A stretch of 64,000 bases of DNA from a virus, in IMG/VR virus record IMGVR_UViG_3300027749_000039, positions 96,001-160,000 of that record, one strand, 5' to 3'. Below, piece after piece: positions 21,987 through 31,979 of this stretch. The notes under the pieces are model-generated. The model did not search any database, was not told where the DNA came from, and saw only the letters and a program-made list of their open reading frames with translations. The position numbers and the translations under genes were made by a program. Within the stretch, counting starts at the first letter, position 1. Each line of letters starts with the position of its first letter.

Positions 21987-22651
21987 TGAAAATAGTAACA
22001 TTTAGTGATACACACAATTGTCACGATCAGGTGGTTTTGCCTGATTGTGACAATTGTATTTTTGGTGGCGACTTATCTGGTAGAGGTAACCGAATAGAAA
22101 CATCTTTCTTTTTTAGATGGTATAATGCACAAACGCAATGTAAACATAAAATTATGATTGTCGGAAATCACGATATATGTTTTCAAGAAAAATTTAATGA
22201 AGAAACACAAGCAAACCGTTGGCTCGAAACATTAATAGCGCAATATCCTGATATAATTGTATTAGATAATAGATACCCAGATGGAGTTAGAATTGAAGGC
22301 ATAAACATATATGGCAGCCCAGCTACACCATGGTATCATGGTGAAAGATGGGCATTTAACTACCATAGACAAGATATAGCAGAAATCTGGAGTAAAATTC
22401 CAACAAATACTGATATTCTTATAACGCATGGACCAGCTTATGGTATTTTAGACAAAACTTTAACAGAAAAAAATGCAGGTTGTCCAGAATTGCTACAAAG
22501 AATAAAAGAAATAAAGCCTAAATATCATATATGTGGGCATATACACGAATCATATGGTGCTCATTATGAGGATGAAACTATGCACATTAATTGCTCAATA
22601 ATTGATAAAGATTATTATCCAACAAATAAGCCAATAGATTTTATCTATTAA
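21986..22651 (+). CDS. Calcineurin-like metallophosphoesterase
   Basis: SDTH, GGD, GNHD, ITHGP and GHIHE motifs. Confidence 0.9.
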   Translation: MKIVTFSDTHNCHDQVVLPDCDNCIFGGDLSGRGNRIETSFFFRWYNAQTQCKHKIMIVGNHDICFQEKFNEETQANRWLETLIAQYPDIIVLDNRYPDGVRIEGINIYGSPATPWYHGERWAFNYHRQDIAEIWSKIPTNTDILITHGPAYGILDKTLTEKNAGCPELLQRIKEIKPKYHICGHIHESYGAHYEDETMHINCSIIDKDYYPTNKPIDFIY

Positions 22652-22653
22652 AT

Positions 22654-22683
22654 AAAAAAACTGCTTAATTAAGCAGTTTTTTT
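22654..22683. terminator. Bidirectional intrinsic terminator
   Basis: AAAAAAACTGCTTAATTAAGCAGTTTTTTT. Confidence 0.8.
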
Positions 22684-24171
22684 ATTTTCAGTATATTTTT
22701 TTCCAGTAGTTCCAGTTATATAATTGTGTTTATAATACTCACCCATGGTTATATATGGATATATTCCTTTTTTTCTATCTCTTTCAACAATTACTAATGC
22801 GTTTAATATATCTTCTTCCAAATGTTTTATCCTATCAAATGATATTCTAACCATAGCTATATTATTTTGTTTACAATAATCATCTTTTAGTTTATCTGAT
22901 TTTTTTCTAGAAGATAAATCCTGATTATTATATACTTTCATAAAATGCGTAGGACCATCATATTCTATAACACAATTTAAATCTGGTAAATAGGTATCTA
23001 ATCTTAAAACTTTTTTATCCTTTAAATCATTAAATGTTTTCTGTGGTATATTAGTTATTTTTAGGATTTTTAATGTTTTTGCTAATACTTTCTCACCGTC
23101 CGTTTCTCTGCAAAATGGACATATACATCCATATAAAATTTTAGAAGGTTTTATTAGTAACTTTTCAATTTCACCCGAAGCATGTTTCTTTTTATTATTA
23201 CATATAACAATAACCTTTTGTTGAGTATTAACATATTTAGTTTCTTCAAAACTAAATTGTGGTATAATCTTACCATTATCATCTATAATAGTTTCAGTAT
23301 TTGCTTCTATGGCTCTATCTAAAAAAACATCTGGATTAATAGTTTTTTTCAAAGCTCTGGTTTTGAACCCACATTCACGACATCCATTTCCTTGCAAAAA
23401 ACTACTAGGTAATATTAAAAAATTTTTAATATTCCCGTCTTTATGCCATTTTTTATTATGGCAGGTAATTAACACCTTGGTATTATTCTTAATATAATTA
23501 ACTTTTTCATAACTATACTGTGGTATAACTTTATCATTATCATCTATAATAGTTTCGTTGTGTGCCTCTTTAGCCTTATTTACAAAATCGTCAGTATTGC
23601 TACTCTGTTTTAATGCCATATTTTTCTTCCCACATTTGGGACAACCCTCACTTCTCAAAAAATTAGAAGGTCTTATTGGAAAATCTTCAATATTTCCGGT
23701 TTTATGATTTTTTTTATTATGACATGTAATAATAACCTTATCTTTAGCTTTAACATAATTAGTTTTTTCATAACTATATTGTGGCACAACACTACCATTA
23801 TCATCTATAATAGTTTCAGTATGTATCTCTTTGGCTTTATTTATGAAATCACTTGTATTAAGTGTGTTTTTTAACGCAACATTTTTTACAGAACATTCAT
23901 TACAACCCTTTCCACTTAAAAATTCATTAGGTGATATTAGAAAATTTTTAATTTTTCTGTCTTTATGCCATTTTTTATTATGACATGTAATAATAACTTT
24001 ATCTTTACTACCAATATAATTTACCTTTTCGTAGCTATATTGTGATGTTTTATTTCCATTATCATCTTCAATAGTTTCAGGATGCTTTAATTTAGCTTTT
24101 TCTATAAACTCATCCTGAGTTAATTTTTTTTTCTCAAATATTTTATACTTAATCAAATACTTCATCTCCAC
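22669..24171 (-). CDS. Homing-type endonuclease: four Cys-containing repeats plus a C-terminal Vsr/PD-(D/E)xK-like domain
   Basis: Four ~85 aa repeats (ETIIDDNG..PQYSYEKxNY..KVIITC..GCxxC) followed by LRLDTYLPDLNCVIEYDGPTHF. Confidence 0.8.
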   Translation of the reverse strand: MEMKYLIKYKIFEKKKLTQDEFIEKAKLKHPETIEDDNGNKTSQYSYEKVNYIGSKDKVIITCHNKKWHKDRKIKNFLISPNEFLSGKGCNECSVKNVALKNTLNTSDFINKAKEIHTETIIDDNGSVVPQYSYEKTNYVKAKDKVIITCHNKKNHKTGNIEDFPIRPSNFLRSEGCPKCGKKNMALKQSSNTDDFVNKAKEAHNETIIDDNDKVIPQYSYEKVNYIKNNTKVLITCHNKKWHKDGNIKNFLILPSSFLQGNGCRECGFKTRALKKTINPDVFLDRAIEANTETIIDDNGKIIPQFSFEETKYVNTQQKVIVICNNKKKHASGEIEKLLIKPSKILYGCICPFCRETDGEKVLAKTLKILKITNIPQKTFNDLKDKKVLRLDTYLPDLNCVIEYDGPTHFMKVYNNQDLSSRKKSDKLKDDYCKQNNIAMVRISFDRIKHLEEDILNALVIVERDRKKGIYPYITMGEYYKHNYITGTTGKKYTENKKTA

Positions 24172-25049
24172 GGATTATTTTCTATTATTTTTATACCACT
24201 CAATCTCACTAATCCATTACCTAACTCTTTCAAATATTTCTTTAACTCACCTATAGTTCTATCACCCTGTTTACCATTAAAACTAATAGTTATTAAAGTA
24301 TTATCATCAATCGCTGCTTTTTGACCATAAATACGAGACTCATTCACTAAACTTAATACCGTATTATACAAATCTATGCCACGTATATTGCGCCAATTGA
24401 TACGCAACATAGCATCATTAAAATTAGTTACTTTAGAATCCCACTCCCTTGCATTAAAAAATTTATCAATAAATACCTTTTTTTTCTTACGATTAACTAT
24501 CTCATCTCCAATTGGTGATTTAGCTATAACATGCGCCGTTTCTATATCTTTTGGTGGATTATTCGCCTTTAAAATAAATTTCTGAAAAGGATTTTCTTTT
24601 AAATTAATTGGTGTATTTAAAGAAGCACCCTTGGAATATTTATTTCTTGGCTCTTCTTTATTTGACCATATCTTATCTAAATACTGACTTCTTACCTTAA
24701 TACCTTTTTTTAAAAAATCTTTACGTTCATTAAAATTATAAAATTGTTTAATCAATTTTATACGGTACGCTTCCTCAATAGGATATAATCTAAATATATC
24801 TAAATCTTTACTAACATAAATAGAAGCATCATTATAATAATTTAATTTCCATATAGATAATAACCACTCTTTATATTCCTCTAATTTATCAGCAAACACA
24901 GTTTCTAAATATAAAAATTGCTGATTAGTCCAATTCTTAAAAGATCCAACATTTTGCTTACGATAATATACCTTATCATTTTTAGCAATAGGCACAATCT
25001 TTACAAATTTAGTAGGCTTCATAGATTCAAATGTTAATAAATACTTCAT
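24162..25049 (-). CDS. Hypothetical protein with MKYLLTFES N-terminal motif
   Basis: ORF track; TATATA element upstream. Confidence 0.65.
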   Translation of the reverse strand: MKYLLTFESMKPTKFVKIVPIAKNDKVYYRKQNVGSFKNWTNQQFLYLETVFADKLEEYKEWLLSIWKLNYYNDASIYVSKDLDIFRLYPIEEAYRIKLIKQFYNFNERKDFLKKGIKVRSQYLDKIWSNKEEPRNKYSKGASLNTPINLKENPFQKFILKANNPPKDIETAHVIAKSPIGDEIVNRKKKKVFIDKFFNAREWDSKVTNFNDAMLRINWRNIRGIDLYNTVLSLVNESRIYGQKAAIDDNTLITISFNGKQGDRTIGELKKYLKELGNGLVRLSGIKIIENNPWR

Positions 25050-25300
25050 ATGGTATATATAAAAATGTGTATTTTATTTTAAGAAATATTAACCTTAGAT
25101 TTTATCTATTAAACAGAAAAAAATATGTTAATTATTTGTTAAACACAAAAAATTGTCGTATCTTTAATAGATAAAAATAAATATACAGAATTTTTATAAT
25201 TTGTTAAAAAAAAGTTAAAATTTTTACAACTTTTTTAAACTTTAATTATATAATATATAATTAAGCGATAAAAAGCAAATTATAAAAATTAACGGCAAAA

Positions 25301-25918
25301 ATGGCAATTAACACAACAACTTCACAACAGGAATCCCTCTTTAAAGAACGCACAGGCGAATCATTCGCATTTTTCTACGAAAAATTCTATCCAAGATTAG
25401 TTTACAACATTAACGGTATAACACAAGACGAAGTCCTAGCTGAGGACGTAGCTACCGAAGCGTTTATCAAAGCATTTGAAAAAATTGACCAGTATGAAAA
25501 AGGTAAAGCGCAGTTTTCAACATGGTTATTCACAATCGCAAGACACTTAGCATTACAAGAATTAAAACAAAGCAGGAAAGTATCTTCAATTGACTCCGAA
25601 GTAGATGAAGAAGGAACTACTATGAAAGACTTCTTACAAGAAGAAGACAATAATGATGAATTCTTATTTACATTAAATAACAAAAAGGCAGCACTAATCA
25701 AAAAATATATCGGTGAATTAAAACAACCATATAGAATGGTAATTGAAATGAGAGAAATAAAAAAGATGCAATATAAAGATATTGCGGATGAATTAGGTAG
25801 AAATCTTTCAACAGTAAAATCACAAATTAGACAAGGAAGAAATCTTCTAATTAAAGCATCTGAAAAGGAATTTAAATTATTAGATGAGCAAGGCTTAGAA
25901 GGTGAAATTTATTGCTAA
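25301..25918 (+). CDS. ECF-type sigma-70 factor
   Basis: AEDVATEAFIKAF, FSTWLFTIARH (region 2) and YKDIADELGRNLSTVKSQIRQGR (region 4). Confidence 0.92.
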   Translation: MAINTTTSQQESLFKERTGESFAFFYEKFYPRLVYNINGITQDEVLAEDVATEAFIKAFEKIDQYEKGKAQFSTWLFTIARHLALQELKQSRKVSSIDSEVDEEGTTMKDFLQEEDNNDEFLFTLNNKKAALIKKYIGELKQPYRMVIEMREIKKMQYKDIADELGRNLSTVKSQIRQGRNLLIKASEKEFKLLDEQGLEGEIYC

Positions 25919-25919
25919 T

Positions 25920-25957
25920 AAAAAATCGTTAATGTTAAAAAACATTAACGATTTTTT
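25920..25957 (+). terminator. Intrinsic terminator
   Basis: AAAAAATCGTTAATGTT-AAA-AACATTAACGATTTTTT. Confidence 0.8.
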
Positions 25958-25988
25958 ATTTTAAGAATTATTTTGTATCTTTGAGCTT

Positions 25989-26732
25989 ATGAAAAAGCTT
26001 ATATTCTTATCATTATTGGCGAATAGCGTATTCGCACAAGACACGACCACATTTAAAGGTAATGTGACATTATTGGGTAATTATTCATCTGGTAATTATA
26101 ATGCAATTACAATAGGCGGTAAATTAAATTGTATTTATAATCGCAAGCATAATTTAGCAGAATTAACTTCCGCATATAGATATACTAAAATAGATGATAA
26201 ATGCTCACCAAAAGAAGATGAAAAATATGCGTTATTTTCATATTCACATCGTGTAAATAACATAAAAATAATTGGTGTAAGCGAAAATGAGATATCCTAT
26301 GTCAGGCAAATTGATTTAAGAGCTACAATAGGTTCTGGATTTGGCTATAAATTTATAAATACTAAAAAAACAGAACTTGAAATAAGTGAAGTTTTATTAT
26401 TTGAAGATATAAAATATTATAATAAAGAATATAACATATCAACATTAAGGTATTCTACAAGAATAAAATTTACTTATACAAATTATCCATTCAATTTTTC
26501 AACTATATGGTTAGTTCAGCCGCCAATATGGCAAACACAACCTATATCTCCTATTAATAATGGATATAAAGATAATTTTAATATGAGAAGTAATACAACA
26601 ATAGATATAAATCTATCTAAAAAGATAGTTATTGGCATATCAGATGAATTTATAATGCAAACTTATGTTAAACAATTTGGTAAAAAACCTGCCGATAATT
26701 CAGTTAACTTTTATATAAAATATTCATTTTAA
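25989..26732 (+). CDS. Outer-membrane beta-barrel protein, DUF481-like
   Basis: Sec signal peptide (MKKLIFLSLLANSVFAQ), alternating beta strands, GNYSSGN, IDLRATIGSGFGY and C-terminal aromatic YIKYSF. Confidence 0.75.
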   Translation: MKKLIFLSLLANSVFAQDTTTFKGNVTLLGNYSSGNYNAITIGGKLNCIYNRKHNLAELTSAYRYTKIDDKCSPKEDEKYALFSYSHRVNNIKIIGVSENEISYVRQIDLRATIGSGFGYKFINTKKTELEISEVLLFEDIKYYNKEYNISTLRYSTRIKFTYTNYPFNFSTIWLVQPPIWQTQPISPINNGYKDNFNMRSNTTIDINLSKKIVIGISDEFIMQTYVKQFGKKPADNSVNFYIKYSF

Positions 26733-27386
26733 ATGTCAAAAATAATACCAGTAATCCATACTATTAATTTGGAACAAGTTCAATATAACGTCAATTTATG
26801 CCAGGCTAACGGTATAAATGACGTTTTCCTCATTTCACACAAAGTCCGTAATTGGAAAAAAGCAGTTTTTGATTTTCAACTATATTTAGATTGGATTAGA
26901 ACTACATATCCTACTATAAAAGTAGGAGTTAATTTCCTACAACTAGATACTTTACCTGCTGTTGCGGAATCTTCTATACTTGGTTTTGATTATTTGTGGG
27001 CGGATAAATCTTACTTACAAAATAAATCAACTTTATATATTGCTGAAGAGATTGCTGAAAATAAAATTACACCTTATTTTGGTTGTGTCGCTTTTAAATA
27101 TCAAAAGCCAGAAGAAGATTTAGAATGGAGTTGTCTTAAAGCAAAAGAATTAATAGATGTAGTTGTTACTTCTGGTGATGGCACTTCATATGCGCCAGAT
27201 ATTGAGAAAATTAAAACTATAAAAAGATTTATTGGTGATAAACCATTAGCAATAGCAAGTGGTATATCACCGGAAAATAAATCTATGTATAAAGAGTGGG
27301 TAGATTACTTTATGGTAGCATCTAGTATAACAGATAACTATGAAAACATAATAGAATCAAGATTGAAAGATTTAATCAACTTTTAA
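26733..27386 (+). CDS. BtpA/SgcQ-family TIM-barrel protein
   Basis: IIPVIH, VGVNFL, DVVVTSGDGT, PLAIASGISPEN and FMVASSI. Confidence 0.75.
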   Translation: MSKIIPVIHTINLEQVQYNVNLCQANGINDVFLISHKVRNWKKAVFDFQLYLDWIRTTYPTIKVGVNFLQLDTLPAVAESSILGFDYLWADKSYLQNKSTLYIAEEIAENKITPYFGCVAFKYQKPEEDLEWSCLKAKELIDVVVTSGDGTSYAPDIEKIKTIKRFIGDKPLAIASGISPENKSMYKEWVDYFMVASSITDNYENIIESRLKDLINF

Positions 27387-27423
27387 TACTTGCATTTGTA
27401 TAAAAATAAAAATAACAATAAAT

Positions 27424-27747
27424 ATGATTTTAGAAGTAAAAGACGGTAATTTAGAAGAAATTATTAAAGAAGGAGTCGCACTTGTTGATTTATGGGCACC
27501 ATGGTGTGGACCTTGTAGAGTATTAGGTCCAATTGTAGATGGTTTAGCTGTTGATTTAGAAATGGCTGGTTCCGCTATAAAAGTAGCTAAAATGAATGTA
27601 GACGAGAATAGAGATGTTGCAGTTGAATTAGGAGTCACAAGTATTCCAACTATTCTTATTTACAAAGACGGTGTAATTGTAGATAGAGCAATTGGTGTGA
27701 CTCAAAAGCCAAAATTGATGGAAATGTTAGAAAAATATACTAACTAA
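27424..27747 (+). CDS. trxA: Thioredoxin
   Basis: WAPWCGPC and SIPT. Confidence 0.95.
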   Translation: MILEVKDGNLEEIIKEGVALVDLWAPWCGPCRVLGPIVDGLAVDLEMAGSAIKVAKMNVDENRDVAVELGVTSIPTILIYKDGVIVDRAIGVTQKPKLMEMLEKYTN

Positions 27748-27801
27748 TAAAAAATTTTGTTTTTCGATTTTTATTTCTTATCTTTGTAAAAAGAATAAAA
27801 A

Positions 27802-28878
27802 ATGAACTTTTTAGACGAATTTCTCAAATTAACTGCATATACTACGCCATTTAAGCAAGAATCTGATTTAGAAGACTATCTTAATAGCAAAATCCCTGGT
27901 CTTATGAAAGACGCAATCGGTAATTATCATAAAATTATTGGTGATAGTGAAACACTTTTTACTTGCCATCTAGATAATTATTGCCGAGATAAAAGAGCTG
28001 TCACGCATGTTATAGAAGATAATATAATTTGCACTGATGGACTAACTATACTAGGAGCTGATAATAAAGCAGGTGTATTAGTTCTTATATACCTTATAAG
28101 CAATAATGTCCCTGGGCATTATTGCTTCTTTATTGGTGAAGAACCAATTGAATCTGGTGGACTTTATGGTTCTACTTTATTTGCTAAATATTATAAAGAT
28201 ATTAAAAAATTTAAAAGAGCTATTGCTTTTGATAGAAAAGCTACTGGTTCAATTATTACTAGGCAAATGGCTCAAACATGTTGTTCTAATGATTTTGCCC
28301 TTGCTCTTTGTAAAGAATTTAATGATTATGGATTATGGATGGAACCAGACGAAACTGGGTATTATACAGATACAGCTGCATTTTTAGAGCTAATACCAGA
28401 ATGCACTAATATATCTGTTGGCGTATATGACGAACATTCTACAGAAGAATCCATAGATATAGAATATCTAGAAACAATAGCCAAGACAGCCGTCCTAATA
28501 GATTGGGAATATCTACCTACACATAGAACACCAAATTCTTGGATGCCCCTCGAAAATGAGGGTGATGCTATTGTTGCACCTCATATCGAAACGGTGAATC
28601 AAACTTTATATAAAGCAGTTAAATCTATTTTATCTAATTTTAATTTCCGGTGCATGAATAAACTAGACTTTAAAAGTGGTAAAACAATGATGTTTAATAA
28701 TTGGTTTTATGATCTACCATTAACCGTAATTATTAGAAATGCTATTATTACTATAAATGGTAATAGAATACCTATACATGTTGGGCGGAATCAGTTTATT
28801 GATCCACAAGATATACAACATATAATAGAAGGTACAGTAGAAGTAGAGAATATTAACAATTTTGATTGGGATTTTTAA
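27802..28878 (+). CDS. Zn-dependent exopeptidase (M20/M28-like)
   Basis: CHLD, LGADNKAG, GEE, FDRK, YTD, NISVG and EHS metal-ligand motifs. Confidence 0.8.
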   Translation: MNFLDEFLKLTAYTTPFKQESDLEDYLNSKIPGLMKDAIGNYHKIIGDSETLFTCHLDNYCRDKRAVTHVIEDNIICTDGLTILGADNKAGVLVLIYLISNNVPGHYCFFIGEEPIESGGLYGSTLFAKYYKDIKKFKRAIAFDRKATGSIITRQMAQTCCSNDFALALCKEFNDYGLWMEPDETGYYTDTAAFLELIPECTNISVGVYDEHSTEESIDIEYLETIAKTAVLIDWEYLPTHRTPNSWMPLENEGDAIVAPHIETVNQTLYKAVKSILSNFNFRCMNKLDFKSGKTMMFNNWFYDLPLTVIIRNAIITINGNRIPIHVGRNQFIDPQDIQHIIEGTVEVENINNFDWDF

Positions 28879-28880
28879 AA

Positions 28881-29318
28881 ATGAGTATAAATAACAAAAA
28901 AGCATATTACGAGTATTCTATATTAGAAGAATATGTAGCTGGGCTTAAATTATTAGGTTCAGAAGTTAAAGCATTGCGTGAAGGTAATGGCAATATTAAC
29001 GATACATATGTTCTTATAATGGACGATGAAGTATATGTAAGAGGCATGTATATTGCTAAACATAAAGAGTCATCTTGGATGAATCATGAAGAAGTTCGTG
29101 ATAGGAAACTGCTTTTAACTAAAAAGCAAATCAACGATTTAAAAAAAGATTTGAAAGTTAATGGTATTACCATTGTTCCTATTAGCCTATTTACTATGGG
29201 TGGTAAGTTTAAACTTAAAATAGGTGTAGCAAAGGGCAAAAAGAATTATGATAAGAAACAATCTATCAAAGAAAAGGATATTAAACGTCAAACTGATAGA
29301 GATTTAAATAATTACTAA
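28881..29318 (+). CDS. smpB: SsrA-binding protein
   Basis: NKKAYYEY, AGLKLLGSEVKALREG, RDRKLLL, GKGKKNYDK-type tail. Start set at ATG 28881. Confidence 0.95.
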   Translation: MSINNKKAYYEYSILEEYVAGLKLLGSEVKALREGNGNINDTYVLIMDDEVYVRGMYIAKHKESSWMNHEEVRDRKLLLTKKQINDLKKDLKVNGITIVPISLFTMGGKFKLKIGVAKGKKNYDKKQSIKEKDIKRQTDRDLNNY

Positions 29319-29555
29319 ATGAAACATACAGAAAAACTAATCCCATTTGGATGGGATGACTGGGAAGAACATGATATATTACTTAATTCTTATTATAATG
29401 TTGAATTTACAGAAGATTTTGGTGAATTTAAAAAAGGTGAGAAATTTTCCTCAATTACTGTAGATTACATTAAAGGTATAATCGAAGCATTTATTGGTTC
29501 TCCTAGTGATGATTTAAAAATAAAAACAGTTGCCTTTAAAGCAACACCTATTTAA
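29319..29555 (+). CDS. Hypothetical protein
   Basis: ORF track. Confidence 0.65.
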   Translation: MKHTEKLIPFGWDDWEEHDILLNSYYNVEFTEDFGEFKKGEKFSSITVDYIKGIIEAFIGSPSDDLKIKTVAFKATPI

Positions 29556-29557
29556 AA

Positions 29558-29729
29558 AACGAATGTTAAACCACTTGATCATGGGATAGTAGGATTGGTA
29601 TCAATCCAAGATTAATGGCTTCTCAACCCATTTCTATCTATTCGTTTATAAAGCAAATATGACAGTAGGCTAAGCCAAAGTGCCGAGATAATTGGTAAGG
29701 CACACCAATTCTGTCTATTTGCTTTTTTT
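29558..29729 (+). ncRNA. Two tandem related structured RNA elements (unassigned)
   Basis: A: AAACGAAT/ATTCGTTT closing a GAYAG-type three-way junction. B: AAAGCAAATA/TATTTGCTTT plus GACAG/CTGTC and a GTGCC/GGCAC pseudoknot, followed by a U-tract. Confidence 0.4.
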
Positions 29730-29776
29730 ATTTTGTAAAGTCAAATATTTTTCGTATCTTTGTAAAAATTACAAAA

Positions 29777-31045
29777 ATGAACAAATATATTACAGTCATG
29801 TTTCCTTATCCGTCTGGTGACGGGTTGCACATAGGACATGTATATAATTACGCAATAATGGACTCATATTGTCGCTATATGCGATATATGGGCAACGAAG
29901 TATATCAGCCTTTTGGGTTTGATGCCTTTGGTTTGCCTGCAGAAAATTATGCTAAAAAAGTAGGTAGAGATCCAAAAGATGTCACTTATGAAAACATAGA
30001 AAAGTTCCGTATTCAAATGAAACAAATGAATACTAAATTTGAAGAAGTATTGATTACTTCGGATCCTTCCTACCAGAAATGGACACAATGGTTGTTCATG
30101 AAATTGAAAGAACATGGGCTGGCTTATAAGAAAGACGGTGAAGTAAATTACTGTCCTTCTTGTGAAACTGTATTGGCTCGTGAACAAGTAAAAGAAGGTA
30201 AATGCGAAAGGTGTAGTTCTGTTATTGAGATGAAAACTATGAATCAGTGGTATTTTAAGATTACTGATTATAAAGAACGCTTGATTAAAAACTTGGATAA
30301 AATAGATTATCCTACTTCTACTATTAATGCACAACGCATGTGGTTGGAAAACTTGCATGATTGGTGTGTTAGTCGTCAAAGAAGTTGGGGTTGTCCTATA
30401 CCTATTGAAGGCGAAACAGACACAATGGATACATTTGTCGATTCATCTTTTTATTTTATCCGTTATTGTGACCCATTTAATGAAAATGAAATGTGTGCCA
30501 AAGACAAATATAAACAAGTTGATGTTTATGTTGGTGGTAACGAACATGCTTGTATGCACTTGATTTATGCAAGGTTTATTAACATGTTCTTGTATGATAT
30601 TGGTGTAGTTTCAGAAGAAGAACCTTTTCGGAAGTGCATCCATCAGGGAATGATTCTAAACGAAGGCGAGAAGATGTCCAAATCAAAGGGCAATACTATT
30701 AATCCAGATTCTTATGACCAGGACACCTTAAGATTCTATCTTATGTTTATCGGACATTACTTTGATGGTGGTTCATGGTCTGATCAGAATATAGCTGGTA
30801 TTAATCGCTTTATTAATCGTTTTAAAGAGTGGATGTCAAGAGAGGGTGATGATGTTATAGATGTGCCATCTTTTAAAACTAAAATATCTAATTATACAGA
30901 ATCTTTTAAGTTTAATAAGGTTGTATCTGAATTTATGACATTGGTTAATAAAGAACGGATAAAAAACTTGACCGCAGATTCTAAAGAAGAGTTGATTTCC
31001 ATCTTGGAGATTTACATGCCTGGCATAAGAAATAAATTAATTTAA
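29777..31045 (+). CDS. leuS: Minimal leucyl-tRNA synthetase (no CP1 editing domain, no C-terminal domain)
   Basis: MFPYPSG..LHIGH, GFDAFGLPAEN, DWCVSRQRSWG, MDTFVDSS, GGNEHA..HLIYARF and KMSKS; only 422 aa. Confidence 0.88.
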   Translation: MNKYITVMFPYPSGDGLHIGHVYNYAIMDSYCRYMRYMGNEVYQPFGFDAFGLPAENYAKKVGRDPKDVTYENIEKFRIQMKQMNTKFEEVLITSDPSYQKWTQWLFMKLKEHGLAYKKDGEVNYCPSCETVLAREQVKEGKCERCSSVIEMKTMNQWYFKITDYKERLIKNLDKIDYPTSTINAQRMWLENLHDWCVSRQRSWGCPIPIEGETDTMDTFVDSSFYFIRYCDPFNENEMCAKDKYKQVDVYVGGNEHACMHLIYARFINMFLYDIGVVSEEEPFRKCIHQGMILNEGEKMSKSKGNTINPDSYDQDTLRFYLMFIGHYFDGGSWSDQNIAGINRFINRFKEWMSREGDDVIDVPSFKTKISNYTESFKFNKVVSEFMTLVNKERIKNLTADSKEELISILEIYMPGIRNKLI

Positions 31046-31046
31046 T

Positions 31047-31355
31047 ATGAAACACAAAGCACATAGAGCGAACCCGCAATATTATTTTGGCGAAGAAACA
31101 CCTTGTCATAAATTAGCAAATGATCTTATGGCTAATTTAGAATATAGCGGAGTGCTATCTGATGCTTTTTTAAGCTATATTTACACTAGTTTATTTAATA
31201 TGATATACTATCACGATCATAATGATTTAGCTAATGGTAAGCAGTTATATAGCGATATAAACGATTTTTTAGATAGGTATTCTCTATTCTCTGATAGTTA
31301 TAAATCAACTGTTAGACGTCCATTTTTATTAATATTAAATTCAATTGAAAATTGA
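31047..31355 (+). CDS. Hypothetical protein
   Basis: ORF track. Confidence 0.65.
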   Translation: MKHKAHRANPQYYFGEETPCHKLANDLMANLEYSGVLSDAFLSYIYTSLFNMIYYHDHNDLANGKQLYSDINDFLDRYSLFSDSYKSTVRRPFLLILNSIEN

Positions 31356-31558
31356 GATTAGATAGAATGCGATGGTTTGGTCCAGCAAGACCCGAAGATA
31401 AACCAGGTGTAGAAGGTTGGCGACATAGCAGATTATTCAAAGTAGTTAGGCATCAGGGTGCTAAAGCTCTTCGTGCTATAAGCAAAAAATTATGTAAGGA
31501 ATCTATATCAGATAATGATATAGATTTTCCTACGTCTAAATATACAAGAAATCACTAA
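31352..31558 (+). CDS. Small hypothetical protein
   Basis: ORF track; overlaps neighbours in operon fashion. Confidence 0.5.
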   Translation: MRLDRMRWFGPARPEDKPGVEGWRHSRLFKVVRHQGAKALRAISKKLCKESISDNDIDFPTSKYTRNH

Positions 31559-31803
31559 TGGATATAAAATTAATAGGCATTTGGAATGACTCAGCAAGTG
31601 ATAAACCATTTTTTTGCGGATTACCACTAATTGGTCAAATATATGAAGGACATTTAGATCCTGATACAAACAATTCTTGGCTTGTAGTGACTACCAGTAA
31701 TAAAATTGGATATCGAATATTTCCAAAAGAATTTCTCATGCCACTTGCTGAATGGCGAGATAAACAAATAGATTCAATTTTACAAGATGACGAAGAAAAA
31801 TAA
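31558..31803 (+). CDS. Small protein with C-terminal WRDKQIDSIL motif
   Basis: Motif shared with 38786..39031 and others. Confidence 0.65.
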   Translation: MDIKLIGIWNDSASDKPFFCGLPLIGQIYEGHLDPDTNNSWLVVTTSNKIGYRIFPKEFLMPLAEWRDKQIDSILQDDEEK

Positions 31804-31963
31804 AAAACCACGAGATATAGTTAAAGAAACTGAAGAATATTTAGTTTTCCTCAAAAAACGCTTAGATTCGGCTAATTATAAAGCGAATGTTTCAAAAGAA
31901 GAATATGATGAAACAAAGGCAAAATATGATAAGGTTAAATTAAGATTAAAATTATTAAAATAG
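31787..31963 (+). CDS. Small basic protein (58 aa), not in track
   Basis: Hand-read MTKKNKKPRDIVKETEEYLVFLKKRLDSANYK...LKLLK*. Confidence 0.6.
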   Translation: MTKKNKKPRDIVKETEEYLVFLKKRLDSANYKANVSKEEYDETKAKYDKVKLRLKLLK

Positions 31964-31979
31964 TAGTATTATATATATC

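Noticed and set aside
22669-24171. CRISPR array or DGR from the repeated TCATCTATAATAGTTTC segments
   Set aside because: The repeats are in-frame protein repeats about 260 nt apart; no cas or reverse transcriptase gene is present.
28881-29729. tmRNA next to smpB
   Set aside because: No GGGG(A/C/G)TG 5' end, T arm plus CCA 3' end, or tag ORF was found; ssrA may lie outside the window.
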